This document shows positions 1 to 8,500 of a DNA stretch of 64,000 nucleotides, piece by piece (position 1 is the first letter of the stretch; every line of letters begins with the position of its first letter). The position numbers and the translations under genes were made by a program. The stretch lies in contig JBAXRK010000002.1 of the NCBI GenBank assembly GCA_037131245.1, positions 116,227 to 180,226 of the forward strand. The letters run 5' to 3'. The stretch comes from Candidatus Omnitrophota bacterium. Lineage in GTDB: Bacteria > Omnitrophota > Gorgyraeia > Zapsychrales > Fredricksoniimonadaceae. The notes under the pieces were generated by a model that did no database searches, was not told where the DNA came from, and saw nothing but the letters and a program-made list of their open reading frames with translations.

Positions 1-1270
1 CTGTCGGACAGTCCGTTGACGTGGAGGCGCCGCTGGCAACCCCTGTTAAGGAAACATCGCCGTAGGCGGAGGTGACCGTTGCGCTCACGCAAGGATTAGG
101 CGAACAGGCGCCGCTGACCGCGCTGAAAGCACCAAAGGAACAGGCCGCGCTTAATGTGCCCGTATAACCGGCGGGGCAATCCGTGGTGGCGGTGGATCCG
201 CTGGTCGCGGTGGGTAAGGTGACGCTGCCGTAAGAGGAAGACGCCGCCGTGCCCGCGCAATCGCTGGGCGCGCAGCTCCCGCCTAAAGTGCCGAACGCGC
301 CTAAAGAGCAGGACGCGTTCAATGTGCCGGTGTAGCCGGCCGGGCAGGCGACGGATGCCGTCATGCCGCTGGCCGTAGCCGGAAGCGTGACCGCGCCGTA
401 GTCGGATGAGACCGACTTGCTGTTGCACGCATTAGCCACGCAGGTACCGGTGAGTGATGAAAAAGCTCCCTTTGAACACGCGGCGGACAAGGTGCCGGTG
501 TAACCTGAAGGGCAGTCAGTAGAACTTGATGATCCGCTGGCGGCGGCATTTAAGGTAACATCGCCGTACGCGGAGGTGACGCTTGTGCTATCGCACGGAT
601 TGGCCGAGCAGGTGCCTTTTAAAGAGCTGAAAGAACCTTTAGAGCAGGAGGCGCTCAAGGTCCCGGTATAGCCGGTCGGACATGATACAGAAGTCGATGT
701 GCCGCTGGACGCACCGTTAAGCGTGATCGGCCCATAAGAGGAAGAGACGGTTTTGCTGGTGCAATCATTAGGTGTACAGGTACCGTTCAAGGGGCCGAAT
801 GAGCCCAGGGAGCAGGTGGTGCTTAAGGTGCCGCTATAGCCGGCAGGACAGGTGACCGTGCTGGTTGTGCCGTTGACCACACCGGCCAGGTCGATGTTGC
901 CGTAGGGAGAGGGAATCGTTGCGCCAGCGCAATTATCAGGCGTACAGGCCCCGTTGACCGGCCCGAATGAACCCAGGGAACAGGCGGTGCTGAGCGTTCC
1001 GGTATAACCGGCTGGACAGCTGGCGGTGCTGGTTAAGCCGCTGGAAATACTATTGAAGGTGATATCGCCGTAGGCAGTAGTAAGGGTAGTACGGGAGCAG
1101 CTGTTCGGAGTGCACGTCCCGTTAAGGGGCTGTTTGAACGCGCCGTTGTAACACGTCGTCCTTAGGCTTCCGCTATAACCCGAAGGACAGGTGGCGTAGG
1201 CCCTGGAACCGCTTGATGTCGTTTTGAGAGACACACTGCCGTAAGCGGTAGACACAGTGGTGCTCTGGCA
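1..1270. repeat. 168-bp in-frame tandem coding repeat (diverged copies)
   Basis: The Tyr codon of the CPxGY motif recurs at + strand positions 164, 332, 500, 668, 836 and 1004 (168-bp spacing), then at 1175. Copies differ at many positions, so this is an old coding repeat and not a recent expansion. Confidence 0.8.
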
Positions 1271-1369
1271 GCTTTGCCGTGTTTGGGCATAAGCCGCGGT
1301 GGTGTTGAAGCCAACGATCTGTACAACGAAAAAGATAATGGATAAGAAGGATAACGTTTTGACGCTCAT
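1..1369 (-). CDS. Secreted Cys-rich tandem-repeat protein, C-terminus cut by the window edge (absent from the ORF track because it has no stop in the window)
   Basis: ATG at 1369 on the minus strand; I translated the frame and it stays open to position 1. The N-terminus MSVKTLSFLSIIFFVVQIVGFNTTAAYA looks like a Sec signal peptide. About 7.6 copies follow of a 56-aa unit: C-x27-CP(A/S/T)GY(T/S)G(T/S)L-x3-C-x2-G(A/S)F-x6-C-x4. Confidence 0.8.
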   Translation of the reverse strand, partial: MSVKTLSFLSIIFFVVQIVGFNTTAAYAQTRQSCQSTTVSTAYGSVSLKTTSSGSRAYATCPSGYSGSLRTTCYNGAFKQPLNGTCTPNSCSRTTLTTAYGDITFNSISSGLTSTASCPAGYTGTLSTACSLGSFGPVNGACTPDNCAGATIPSPYGNIDLAGVVNGTTSTVTCPAGYSGTLSTTCSLGSFGPLNGTCTPNDCTSKTVSSSYGPITLNGASSGTSTSVSCPTGYTGTLSASCSKGSFSSLKGTCSANPCDSTSVTSAYGDVTLNAAASGSSSSTDCPSGYTGTLSAACSKGAFSSLTGTCVANACNSKSVSSDYGAVTLPATASGMTASVACPAGYTGTLNASCSLGAFGTLGGSCAPSDCAGTAASSSYGSVTLPTATSGSTATTDCPAGYTGTLSAACSFGAFSAVSGACSPNPCVSATVTSAYGDVSLTGVASGASTSTDCPT

Positions 1370-1609
1370 ACAACTCTCCGATCGTTCCACTTCAAAAGCA
1401 GATTATCAAAGAGCGTCCCCCTCCAAATTTCCCGATGAAAGTATAACAGACAGGAACGCTCATTACCAACCAGGCAGGCACGATTTTTTGTCGGCAGCAA
1501 AGCCCTTTAATTACATATATATAGTAACACTGGGGCAATTTTTCCGGCAGTGATTTTTTTGAGGCAGGGGATTAGTTTAGGTATGTGCGCGGGTGGCGGT
1601 GCTGGTGGG

Positions 1610-1759
1610 CTACGGTCGTCTTTTAGTGTCTTTGAAGCTAATGGCCTTGACCTTGTCGGGATTGCGTCCGAGTAACTTTGCAAGGACATTCTCGACAATG
1701 CGCATTTGATCGAGGGGCTTGAGGTTCATGATTGTTTTTTCAATACTTTTAACGGTCAT
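1610..1759 (-). CDS. Small hypothetical protein (49 aa)
   Basis: ATG at 1759 with GGAG about 7 nt upstream; the track lists a longer 1610..1792 version. No motif recognised. Divergent from the HTH gene. Confidence 0.35.
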   Translation of the reverse strand: MTVKSIEKTIMNLKPLDQMRIVENVLAKLLGRNPDKVKAISFKDTKRRP

Positions 1760-1854
1760 AGGAACTCCATTTCTGTAATTGGAATGTAACATTTTTTAAA
1801 GTAGATGTCAAAAGTAAAGGGGTGGTCTTTTAGTGATTTATGTTAGCATGTTGC

Positions 1855-1882
1855 TTGACGTTTGTACCAAAAATGGTACAGT
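1855..1882 (+). promoter_or_regulatory. Putative sigma70-type promoter with an operator-like inverted repeat upstream of the HTH gene
   Basis: TTGACG (1855-1860), 16-nt spacer, TACAGT (1877-1882). The inverted repeat TGTACC-N6-GGTACA (1863-1880) overlaps the spacer and the -10. Confidence 0.4.
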
Positions 1883-1905
1883 TAGAATGTGCGGGGGGAG
1901 CAAAC

Positions 1906-2190
1906 ATGAAGAATAAACATATTGGCAGCGGTTTTGATGATTTTCTTAAGCAGGAAGGCCTTTTGGAAGAGGCTTCCGCAGCGGCGACGAAACGGGTCAT
2001 TGCGCTTCAGATCCAGCAGTTGATGAAACAAAAACATCTTACTAAGAAAGAAATGACTTTTCGTATGGGAATTAAAAGCCGTATTGTTCTCGACAGGTTG
2101 CTTGATCCGGATAATGTGTCAGTTACCTTATTGTCTCTGGAGAAGACGGCCAATGCTTTGGGCAAGAGGCTGGCGGTTCGATTTATTTGA
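1906..2190 (+). CDS. XRE/HigA-like helix-turn-helix protein (antitoxin-like)
   Basis: ATG 1906 preceded by GGGGGGAG; the track start at 1840 is an upstream extension. HIGSGFDDFLKQEGLLEE...LTKKEMTFRMGIKSRIVLDRLLDPDNVSVTLLSLEKTANALGKRL resembles the HTH antitoxin family. Confidence 0.75.
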   Translation: MKNKHIGSGFDDFLKQEGLLEEASAAATKRVIALQIQQLMKQKHLTKKEMTFRMGIKSRIVLDRLLDPDNVSVTLLSLEKTANALGKRLAVRFI

Positions 2191-2273
2191 ATTGAGAAAT
2201 ATAAAGTACAACTTTAGATTTCTCATGTTGCTAAATAGTGCCCCGTCTTGCCACGTGGGCCCTTTGGGAGAAA

Positions 2274-2933
2274 ATGATGCCAAGAAAACCGTTTAACCCC
2301 AGACAGCATAAGCTTTTGATCGCCGGCGGGGTTTTATGCGCCGGCCTTTTGTTCTACACCGTCAAATGCCAGCTGGGCATCGACCTGATCCCGGACTTTC
2401 GCTGGGAAGAACATTTTACGGTCCTGAATGCTTTTCAGAAATATTCCATGACCCTGCATCCCAAGCCGGGGGAAGTGCTGCTGCGTGCTTCTTTTGATGA
2501 AGCCCTGCCTTCAATGCCCTGGGGCGGTGTTTACGGCGCCGACCGGAAACAACTTAAGGATCATTTTGTTCCTGGCGGGATCGGTGGAACAAAAGCCCTT
2601 CTGGTGGAAGATGTTGCGGCAGAATCGTGGGTGAAAGAATTTCATCACTGGGTGGCGGTGAGGCCAGGCGAGGTCTTTGGCTTTCGGGGATCCACCCGTA
2701 TTCCCGGAGCGGCCCGTGCCACGCTGTCCGTTTCCTTATATGATGCCGGCAGAACGGTTATCGATCATGGCTACGGGTCTGTCAGCTCCGGCCCGGACAA
2801 GACGAGCCAGTGGCAGAAACTGGAAAACCGTGTTACAGTGCCGGAGGGCGTGGCGTTCATCCGGTTCCGCCTTTCGGGGCAGGGCCCCGGCGCCGTGTAT
2901 TTCGACGATGTCTCTTTCTGGCGTGAACAGTAG
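2274..2933 (+). CDS. Membrane-anchored protein with a C-terminal galactose-binding/CBM-like beta-sandwich
   Basis: ATG-ATG at 2274 after GGGAGA. One N-terminal TM helix (LLIAGGVLCAGLLFYTV). The C-terminus ...VTVPEGVAFIRFRLSGQGPGAVYFDDVSFW is typical of CBM4/9-like domains. Confidence 0.6.
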   Translation: MMPRKPFNPRQHKLLIAGGVLCAGLLFYTVKCQLGIDLIPDFRWEEHFTVLNAFQKYSMTLHPKPGEVLLRASFDEALPSMPWGGVYGADRKQLKDHFVPGGIGGTKALLVEDVAAESWVKEFHHWVAVRPGEVFGFRGSTRIPGAARATLSVSLYDAGRTVIDHGYGSVSSGPDKTSQWQKLENRVTVPEGVAFIRFRLSGQGPGAVYFDDVSFWREQ

Positions 2934-2946
2934 TCAGGGTCATTCA

Positions 2947-3357
2947 ATGCATTGCCGTTTTCGTCTTTCCAACAAAGGTGTTTCTTTCCCCGAGGTGCTC
3001 ATTGCGGTGGGCATCCTGGGCTTTGCTTTGACCGGCCTGCTTAACGGCATGGTCACCACGATCAACCTTAACAGGGTCACCCGCAATACGTCGCTTGCTT
3101 TGACCCATGCCGAATATGTCCTGGAGAGTATCCGCTCGACGCCCTACATGTCTATTACCAGCGATATTAATACCGGCCGCTGGACCATGAAAGAGAAAGA
3201 GATCAAGGACGAGGGGCTGGTGCCGCTGATCAATGAATCGATCACCACCGCTTACAGCGGCTCGGGCCCGCTCACGGTCACGGTCGTGGTCAAATGGGAA
3301 GACACCGGCGGGCGCAAGCGCAATATCGAGCTGACAACCATCGAGGCGGGCCTATGA
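2947..3357 (+). CDS. Prepilin-type N-terminal cleavage/methylation domain protein (pseudopilin/minor pilin)
   Basis: SNKG|VSFPEVLIAVGILGFAL is a class III signal with Glu at +5. The in-frame ATG at 2947 lies inside track ORF 2677..3357. Confidence 0.7.
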   Translation: MHCRFRLSNKGVSFPEVLIAVGILGFALTGLLNGMVTTINLNRVTRNTSLALTHAEYVLESIRSTPYMSITSDINTGRWTMKEKEIKDEGLVPLINESITTAYSGSGPLTVTVVVKWEDTGGRKRNIELTTIEAGL

Positions 3358-3818
3358 ACAACCGCCGCGGCTATACTCTTATTGAAGCCATCATGACGGC
3401 GGCGATATCCTCGGTGCTGCTGGGGGCTTTGTTGATGGTGATGAAAGTGTCGGACACGACCTACAAGACCGAAAGCCGTATGCTTTACCTGGAACAGCAG
3501 GCGCGCAATGGCATGGACCGCATGGTGAGCCAGCTGCGCGCCAGCAAAGCCAGCACGGTCGTCAAGACGCAGGACGGCAATGACATGATCGTCTTCGCGA
3601 CCTCTACGGCGGCAGGTGCTTCCTTCTACGTGGACAACGGACGGCTGGTCCGCGGCGGGTCGTATGGCGTCAAGACACCTATTTCCTCTGATATTTCCCG
3701 TTTGAAATTCATCAAGAGCGGCGCGCGCCTGCGCGTCGAGATCACGGCTACTGCCGCGCATGATAAGGGCAAGCTCTCATTCCCGCTGGTTGAAGTGGTG
3801 AGGTTGCGCAATGAATAA
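3354..3818 (+). CDS. Prepilin-type N-terminal domain protein (pseudopilin/minor pilin)
   Basis: MNNRRG|YTLIEAIMTAAISSVLL is a canonical G/YTLIE motif. ATGA start-stop overlap with the preceding gene. Confidence 0.75.
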   Translation: MNNRRGYTLIEAIMTAAISSVLLGALLMVMKVSDTTYKTESRMLYLEQQARNGMDRMVSQLRASKASTVVKTQDGNDMIVFATSTAAGASFYVDNGRLVRGGSYGVKTPISSDISRLKFIKSGARLRVEITATAAHDKGKLSFPLVEVVRLRNE

Positions 3819-4377
3819 AAAAGGCTCCGTCCTCGCCGTAACGCTTCTTTTGGTGATCATCCTGGCCACGCTGGGGGCAGCGCTTTTTCTCACCGGCGTT
3901 AACGAGGCGTTTACGCTCAAGCGTAAAGTGCTCTCCACCCAGGCCTTCTGGCTGGCGGAAGCCGGCTTGCACCGCGTCGCCTGGAACGCGAAGGCCAATA
4001 ACTGTTACGGGATGATCAATGAAGAGACCGGTTTTGGTTGCATGGTGTGTAATGCCTGTGGCAAGGGCAACCTGAAATTGACCGGGTCGTTACCGCAGGG
4101 TGAGTATGCGGTGACCTTTGATCCTGTTGCCAAATTGATCACCTCCGACGGGGCCGTGCCCTCGTTCGCCAAGCCGGCCTATCAACGCCGGTTGATGGTG
4201 TACTCGCGCAAGAAACAGCTTTACGGCCTGGGGGCATTTTCCTCTGGGCTGGAGAATCCCGTCCGGTCCATGTACGACCTCCCGGTTGAACCGGCGGCAG
4301 CTCCTGCCGCAAAAAAGTCCGGCCCCAAGGCCGAGACCTACGTTTTCGAGCCGTATGACTGGCAGGAAGCGCAATAA
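3811..4377 (+). CDS. PilX-N/GspK-like minor pilin-associated protein
   Basis: MNKKGSVLAVTLLLVIILATLGAALFLTGVNEAFTLKRKVLSTQAFWLAEAGL matches the PilX N-terminal pattern. Overlaps the preceding gene by 8 nt. Confidence 0.6.
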   Translation: MNKKGSVLAVTLLLVIILATLGAALFLTGVNEAFTLKRKVLSTQAFWLAEAGLHRVAWNAKANNCYGMINEETGFGCMVCNACGKGNLKLTGSLPQGEYAVTFDPVAKLITSDGAVPSFAKPAYQRRLMVYSRKKQLYGLGAFSSGLENPVRSMYDLPVEPAAAPAAKKSGPKAETYVFEPYDWQEAQ

Positions 4378-4463
4378 CTTCCTATTTACTTGAAATAAAC
4401 CGATACTTTGTTAAAGTAATTTATTCCTTTCCAAACATAGATCATTAAGAAGGAGTATCCGGC

Positions 4464-5573
4464 ATGAATCCTCTTCCTCTGATCGACCCTATCCCTTTAC
4501 CGGCTCCGGTGTGGCTTTTTAAAGCACTTCACTTGCTGACGTTGTCATTGCATTTTGTGGCGATGCAGGCCTTCCTCGGCGGGATCATTTTGGCCGCTAT
4601 TCTTGGCGCGGTGGGTGCCGGCAATCCATTACGTAAAGGTGCTTCCGCCGCCATCGCGCGTCGTTTGCCGATCCTGATGACCTTCGTGATCAATCTCGGT
4701 GTTCCTCCTTTGTTGTTCACCCAGGTGCTTTACGGGCCGTTCATGTATACCAGCAGCGAGCTGATCGGCGCGTTCTGGTTCGCGGTCATCTTCCTCTTAA
4801 TGGCGACGTATTGGCTGCTTTATCGGTTTGCCGATGTGGCCGATAAAGGGCAGAACGGCTGGTGGGTTTGCGCGCTGGCCGCCGTCCTGGTGGTGAGTAT
4901 TTCCAAGATCTATTCCACTAACATGACCCTGATGCTCCGGCCCGAGGTTTGGCAGATGATGTACGCGACGGCGCCTTCCGGCACATCACTGCCGCCGCAT
5001 GATCCGACGCTCATGCCTCGTTGGCTGTTCATGCTGGCGGGTGGTTTCTGGGTGTCGGGTATTTGGCTGATCTGGATCGCCGGGCGCAAGACGACCGCGC
5101 CCGACCTGGGCCGTTACCTGGCCGGGTTGGGCGGCGCTTTGGCGGCGCTGATGGTGGCGTTTCAGGTTTTTCTTTTTTCAAGAGTCATGCAGTCTCAGCC
5201 CCTGGCGGTAACCCATGGGGTGGCCACGAGCCCTCTGCTGATGGGAGCGATGTACGTCTGGTGCGCCGGTGCGATATTAGTACTCCTTTTTTCACTTTGG
5301 GTCTCTCTTAAAAAAGTTTGCTCGTACGCGGCCGGGTTCATCGGCGCTTTATTGGCGCTGGTGACGTTGGCCTCCTGGGTGGTCCTGCGCGACGGGATCC
5401 GCGATATCACGCTGGCGAGCAAGGGCTTCGACGTTTGGGCGCAGCCTGTCGTGACCAACTGGAACGTGGTGGGCTGGTTCATTCTCACGCTCGTGCTGGG
5501 CCTGGTCGCGATCGGATGGCTTATTTGGGTGATGATGCAGGCAAAACCGGTGGCTGAAGGAGGAATGAAATGA
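4464..5573 (+). CDS. Polytopic membrane protein of unknown function (about 10 predicted TM helices), first gene of the respiratory module
   Basis: AAGGAG SD upstream. Hydrophobic throughout. Its stop overlaps the Rieske start (ATGA). No family recognised. Confidence 0.6.
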   Translation: MNPLPLIDPIPLPAPVWLFKALHLLTLSLHFVAMQAFLGGIILAAILGAVGAGNPLRKGASAAIARRLPILMTFVINLGVPPLLFTQVLYGPFMYTSSELIGAFWFAVIFLLMATYWLLYRFADVADKGQNGWWVCALAAVLVVSISKIYSTNMTLMLRPEVWQMMYATAPSGTSLPPHDPTLMPRWLFMLAGGFWVSGIWLIWIAGRKTTAPDLGRYLAGLGGALAALMVAFQVFLFSRVMQSQPLAVTHGVATSPLLMGAMYVWCAGAILVLLFSLWVSLKKVCSYAAGFIGALLALVTLASWVVLRDGIRDITLASKGFDVWAQPVVTNWNVVGWFILTLVLGLVAIGWLIWVMMQAKPVAEGGMK

Positions 5574-6025
5574 GCGAACAAAATGAAACGGTCTCGCGCC
5601 GGGATTTTTTGAAATGGGTGGTGGCGGGTGTTGGCGCCTGTTATGCCGCGGCGATCGGTTATCCGGTGTTGAGATTTTTAACGTCGCCGGCCGAGCAGGC
5701 CAAGATCCTGGGCGCGGTCAAGGAAGTGACGGTCAAGGACGGGCATAAGCTGGCTTTGGGCGCTTCGATGATGTTCAAGTTCGGCTCCCGCCCGGCTTTA
5801 TTGATCCACCATAAAGACGGCACCTGGACGGCGCTCGACGCGGTGTGCACGCATTTGGGTTGCACCGTGGCGTATCAGTCGGACCGTAACGTGATCCATT
5901 GTAATTGTCACGGCGGGGAATACGACGCGCAGTCGGGCAAGAATATCAGCGGCCCGCCGCCGCGCCCGCTCAAGCAGTATGTGGCCAAGGTTGTTGAGGA
6001 TGGCGTGCTGGTTACCCGCGCATAA
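5570..6025 (+). CDS. Rieske [2Fe-2S] protein with a Tat signal
   Basis: SRRDFLKWVV twin-arginine motif. CTHLGC...CNCHGG Rieske boxes I and II. Confidence 0.9.
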   Translation: MSEQNETVSRRDFLKWVVAGVGACYAAAIGYPVLRFLTSPAEQAKILGAVKEVTVKDGHKLALGASMMFKFGSRPALLIHHKDGTWTALDAVCTHLGCTVAYQSDRNVIHCNCHGGEYDAQSGKNISGPPPRPLKQYVAKVVEDGVLVTRA

Positions 6026-6035
6026 AGGACATACT

Positions 6036-7115
6036 ATGAAAAACATGATGGAAGACCTTTGGAAATGGTGTGACGAGCGCCTCGACCTGTCGGCCATGGT
6101 TGCCTTCGCCAAACATAAGACCGTGCCGGAGCATAAACATTCGTTCTGGTATTTCTGGGGCGGTATCTCGCTGTTCCTGTTCATGGTCCAGATGATCACC
6201 GGGATCCTTCTTCTGATCTACTACCGGCCCGGCCCTGACGCGTTCGATTCGGTGCGCCAGATCACGTATGATGTTAATTTCGGCTGGCTGATCCGCTCTG
6301 TTCACGCCTGGGCGGCGAACTTGATGATCGCGGCCATCGTGGTGCATATGTTCTCGGTGTTCTTCATGAAAGCGTACCGTTCACCGCGCGAGTTCGGGTG
6401 GTGGAGCGGGGCGCTTTTACTCATGATCGCCTCGGTGTTCGGCTTTAGCGGTTATCTGTTGCCGATGAATGAGCTTTCGTATTTTGCCACCAAGGTGGGG
6501 CTCGATATCCCGACGGGCATGCCGATCATCGGGCCGATCTTAAGCGATATCGTCCGCGCCGGCCCGGAAGTGACCGAGTTTACTCTGGAGCGGTTCTTCG
6601 CGTTGCACGTTGTGGTGCTGCCGCTCATCTTCCTGCCGATCCTCATGATCCATTTGTGGCTCGTGGCCAAGCACGGCAATGCCGTCCCGCCGTCGGAAGA
6701 GTTGAAGCCGGCTGCCGAGCGCAAGAGCATCCCGTTCTTTCCGAACTTCATGATGAAAGACCTGGGCGTCTGGTTGATCACGCTTAATATCCTGATCCTG
6801 TTTGCGGCGGTGTTCCCTTGGGACTTGGGTGTCCAGGCCGACGCGCTGAAAGCCGCGCCGAAAGGGATCCATCCCGAATGGTATTTCATGGTGCCTTTTC
6901 AACTGCTGAAGGCTTTCGGCAACTGGTTCCCCGGATCGCTGGGCGAGGGGATGGGCATTGGTATTTTTACGGGCGGTATTATCTTGTGGCTGCTGGTCCC
7001 GCTTTATGATCCGAACAGCCGTTCGGGCCTGCGCGCCCGTAACGCGACGTATTTCGGCCTCCTGGCGTTGGCCGCGGTCGTGGGCTTGACCATTTGGGGC
7101 TATCTGGCATTATAA
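6036..7115 (+). CDS. Cytochrome b, fused b6 + subunit IV type
   Basis: The heme-ligand His pairs are H-x13-H (SVHAWAANLMIAAIVVH) and H-x14-H (LHVVVLPLIFLPILMIH). PEWYF Qo motif present. ATG 6036 lies within track ORF 5979..7115. Confidence 0.9.
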   Translation: MKNMMEDLWKWCDERLDLSAMVAFAKHKTVPEHKHSFWYFWGGISLFLFMVQMITGILLLIYYRPGPDAFDSVRQITYDVNFGWLIRSVHAWAANLMIAAIVVHMFSVFFMKAYRSPREFGWWSGALLLMIASVFGFSGYLLPMNELSYFATKVGLDIPTGMPIIGPILSDIVRAGPEVTEFTLERFFALHVVVLPLIFLPILMIHLWLVAKHGNAVPPSEELKPAAERKSIPFFPNFMMKDLGVWLITLNILILFAAVFPWDLGVQADALKAAPKGIHPEWYFMVPFQLLKAFGNWFPGSLGEGMGIGIFTGGIILWLLVPLYDPNSRSGLRARNATYFGLLALAAVVGLTIWGYLAL

Positions 7116-7133
7116 AAACAATGTGAGGCATGC

Positions 7134-8489
7134 ATGAATTATCCTCTGTGGGATGTTCCGTTTATCGGCGGTGGTTGGGTGATCGGGATGACCGCTATTT
7201 TTCACGTGCTTATTTCGCAGTTCGCGGTGGGCGGCGGTTTTTACATTGCCATGGCCGAACAGAAAGCCTTGCGCGAGGGGCGCAAGGACTGGATGGATAT
7301 CGTCAAGAAGCAGTCGCGGTTCTTTTTGGTGCTGACCGCGGTGTTCGGGACGGTTTCAGGGGTAGGCATCTGGTTCGCGATCGGCTTGGCGAATCCGGAA
7401 GCCACCAGCACGCTTATCCATAATTTCGTATTCGGTTGGGCCATCGAATGGGTCATTTTTCTCGTCGAGTTGGCGACCGTCCTGGTTTACTACTATACCT
7501 GGGGGCGCATTGCCGATAAATTACACCTGACGGTCGGCTGGCTTTACGCCATCGTGTCGTTCTTTACGTTGTTTATCATCAACGGTATTCTTTCATTTAA
7601 ATTGACGCCGGGCGCGGCGTGGCTTTCGGTGGCGGGAACAGGCCACGAAGCCAGCATGTTCTGGCCGGCTTTCTTTAATCCCGGGTATTGGCCGAGCTTG
7701 TTCATCCGCATGGGGATCTGTTGCACGCTCGCCGGCGCCTGGTCGCTGGTGACCTGCAGCCGCATCGGTAATGACCAGTTGAAACTGAAGACCGACATGA
7801 TCGGCTGGACGATGAAATGGCTGCTGCCGCTTTTCTGCACCCTGCCTTTTCTGGCTCTGTGGTACTGGCATCAGGTCCCGGAGGCTCATCGTATTCTGGC
7901 GTCCCTGGGGGTTAATACGGTTGCTCCGGGCATCTTCACGATGGTGACCCGCATGATCATTGTCCTCCTGGTCAGCTCGGTTACTTTGATCAGTGTGGTT
8001 TATTTCTTTGCTTTGCGTTCGCCGGCCGATTTCAAGCTTCCTCAGGCGGTGGTGATCATGTTCCTGGCGCTCGTGGTGGTCGGATCGATGGAGTACACTC
8101 GTGAAATGTTGCGCAAGCCGTTCATTGTCGCCGAGCATATGTATTCTAACGGCGTCCGTGTTAAGGATATCGAGAAGATCAATAAGGACGGTTATCTGAC
8201 GCATACCCTGTGGATCCGCGATGGTTCGAAAACATCTGTGGCCCGCGGGGAAGCGATGTACCGCGGCCAATGCATGGCCTGTCATACCGTTGACGGGTAT
8301 CGTCCTACCAGGACGCTTTTGGCCGGGCGCGACCGCGCGGCGATCACCAATTTCCTGAAAGTATTGCGCGATCATAAGCCGGATTCGCCGTATTTCCGTT
8401 TCATGCCGCCGTTGGTCGGCACAGATGAAGAGGTTCAGGCCCTAGGGGATTATCTTGATACACTGACCCCGAAGCCGGCGCAACCTTAA
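7134..8489 (+). CDS. Cytochrome bd subunit I (CydA)-like membrane protein fused to a C-terminal monoheme cytochrome c
   Basis: The N-terminal GMTAIFHVLISQFAVGGG and GWAIEWVIFLVELATV parallel the CydA His19 region and its AIEGLMAFFLE glutamate motif. The C-terminus has CMACH plus a downstream FMPP. Confidence 0.7.
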   Translation: MNYPLWDVPFIGGGWVIGMTAIFHVLISQFAVGGGFYIAMAEQKALREGRKDWMDIVKKQSRFFLVLTAVFGTVSGVGIWFAIGLANPEATSTLIHNFVFGWAIEWVIFLVELATVLVYYYTWGRIADKLHLTVGWLYAIVSFFTLFIINGILSFKLTPGAAWLSVAGTGHEASMFWPAFFNPGYWPSLFIRMGICCTLAGAWSLVTCSRIGNDQLKLKTDMIGWTMKWLLPLFCTLPFLALWYWHQVPEAHRILASLGVNTVAPGIFTMVTRMIIVLLVSSVTLISVVYFFALRSPADFKLPQAVVIMFLALVVVGSMEYTREMLRKPFIVAEHMYSNGVRVKDIEKINKDGYLTHTLWIRDGSKTSVARGEAMYRGQCMACHTVDGYRPTRTLLAGRDRAAITNFLKVLRDHKPDSPYFRFMPPLVGTDEEVQALGDYLDTLTPKPAQP

Positions 8490-8500
8490 CGGTGGAGCCT

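Noticed and set aside
1-1270. Regular ~168-bp periodicity that could be mistaken for a CRISPR or satellite array
   Set aside because: There is no alternation of identical repeats with unique spacers. The whole region is one open reading frame encoding a protein repeat, and the copies are diverged throughout.
2194-2224. Hairpin GAGAAAT...ATTTCTC after the HTH gene as a terminator
   Set aside because: The stem is AT-rich and only 7 bp, the loop is 17 nt, and no T-tract follows. The evidence is too weak.
7593-8375. 260-aa minus-strand ORF inside the CydA-like gene
   Set aside because: It is antisense to a gene with strong family motifs. The product is Arg/Pro/Gly/His-rich low complexity, typical of a shadow frame in GC-rich coding DNA. 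It has no SD.
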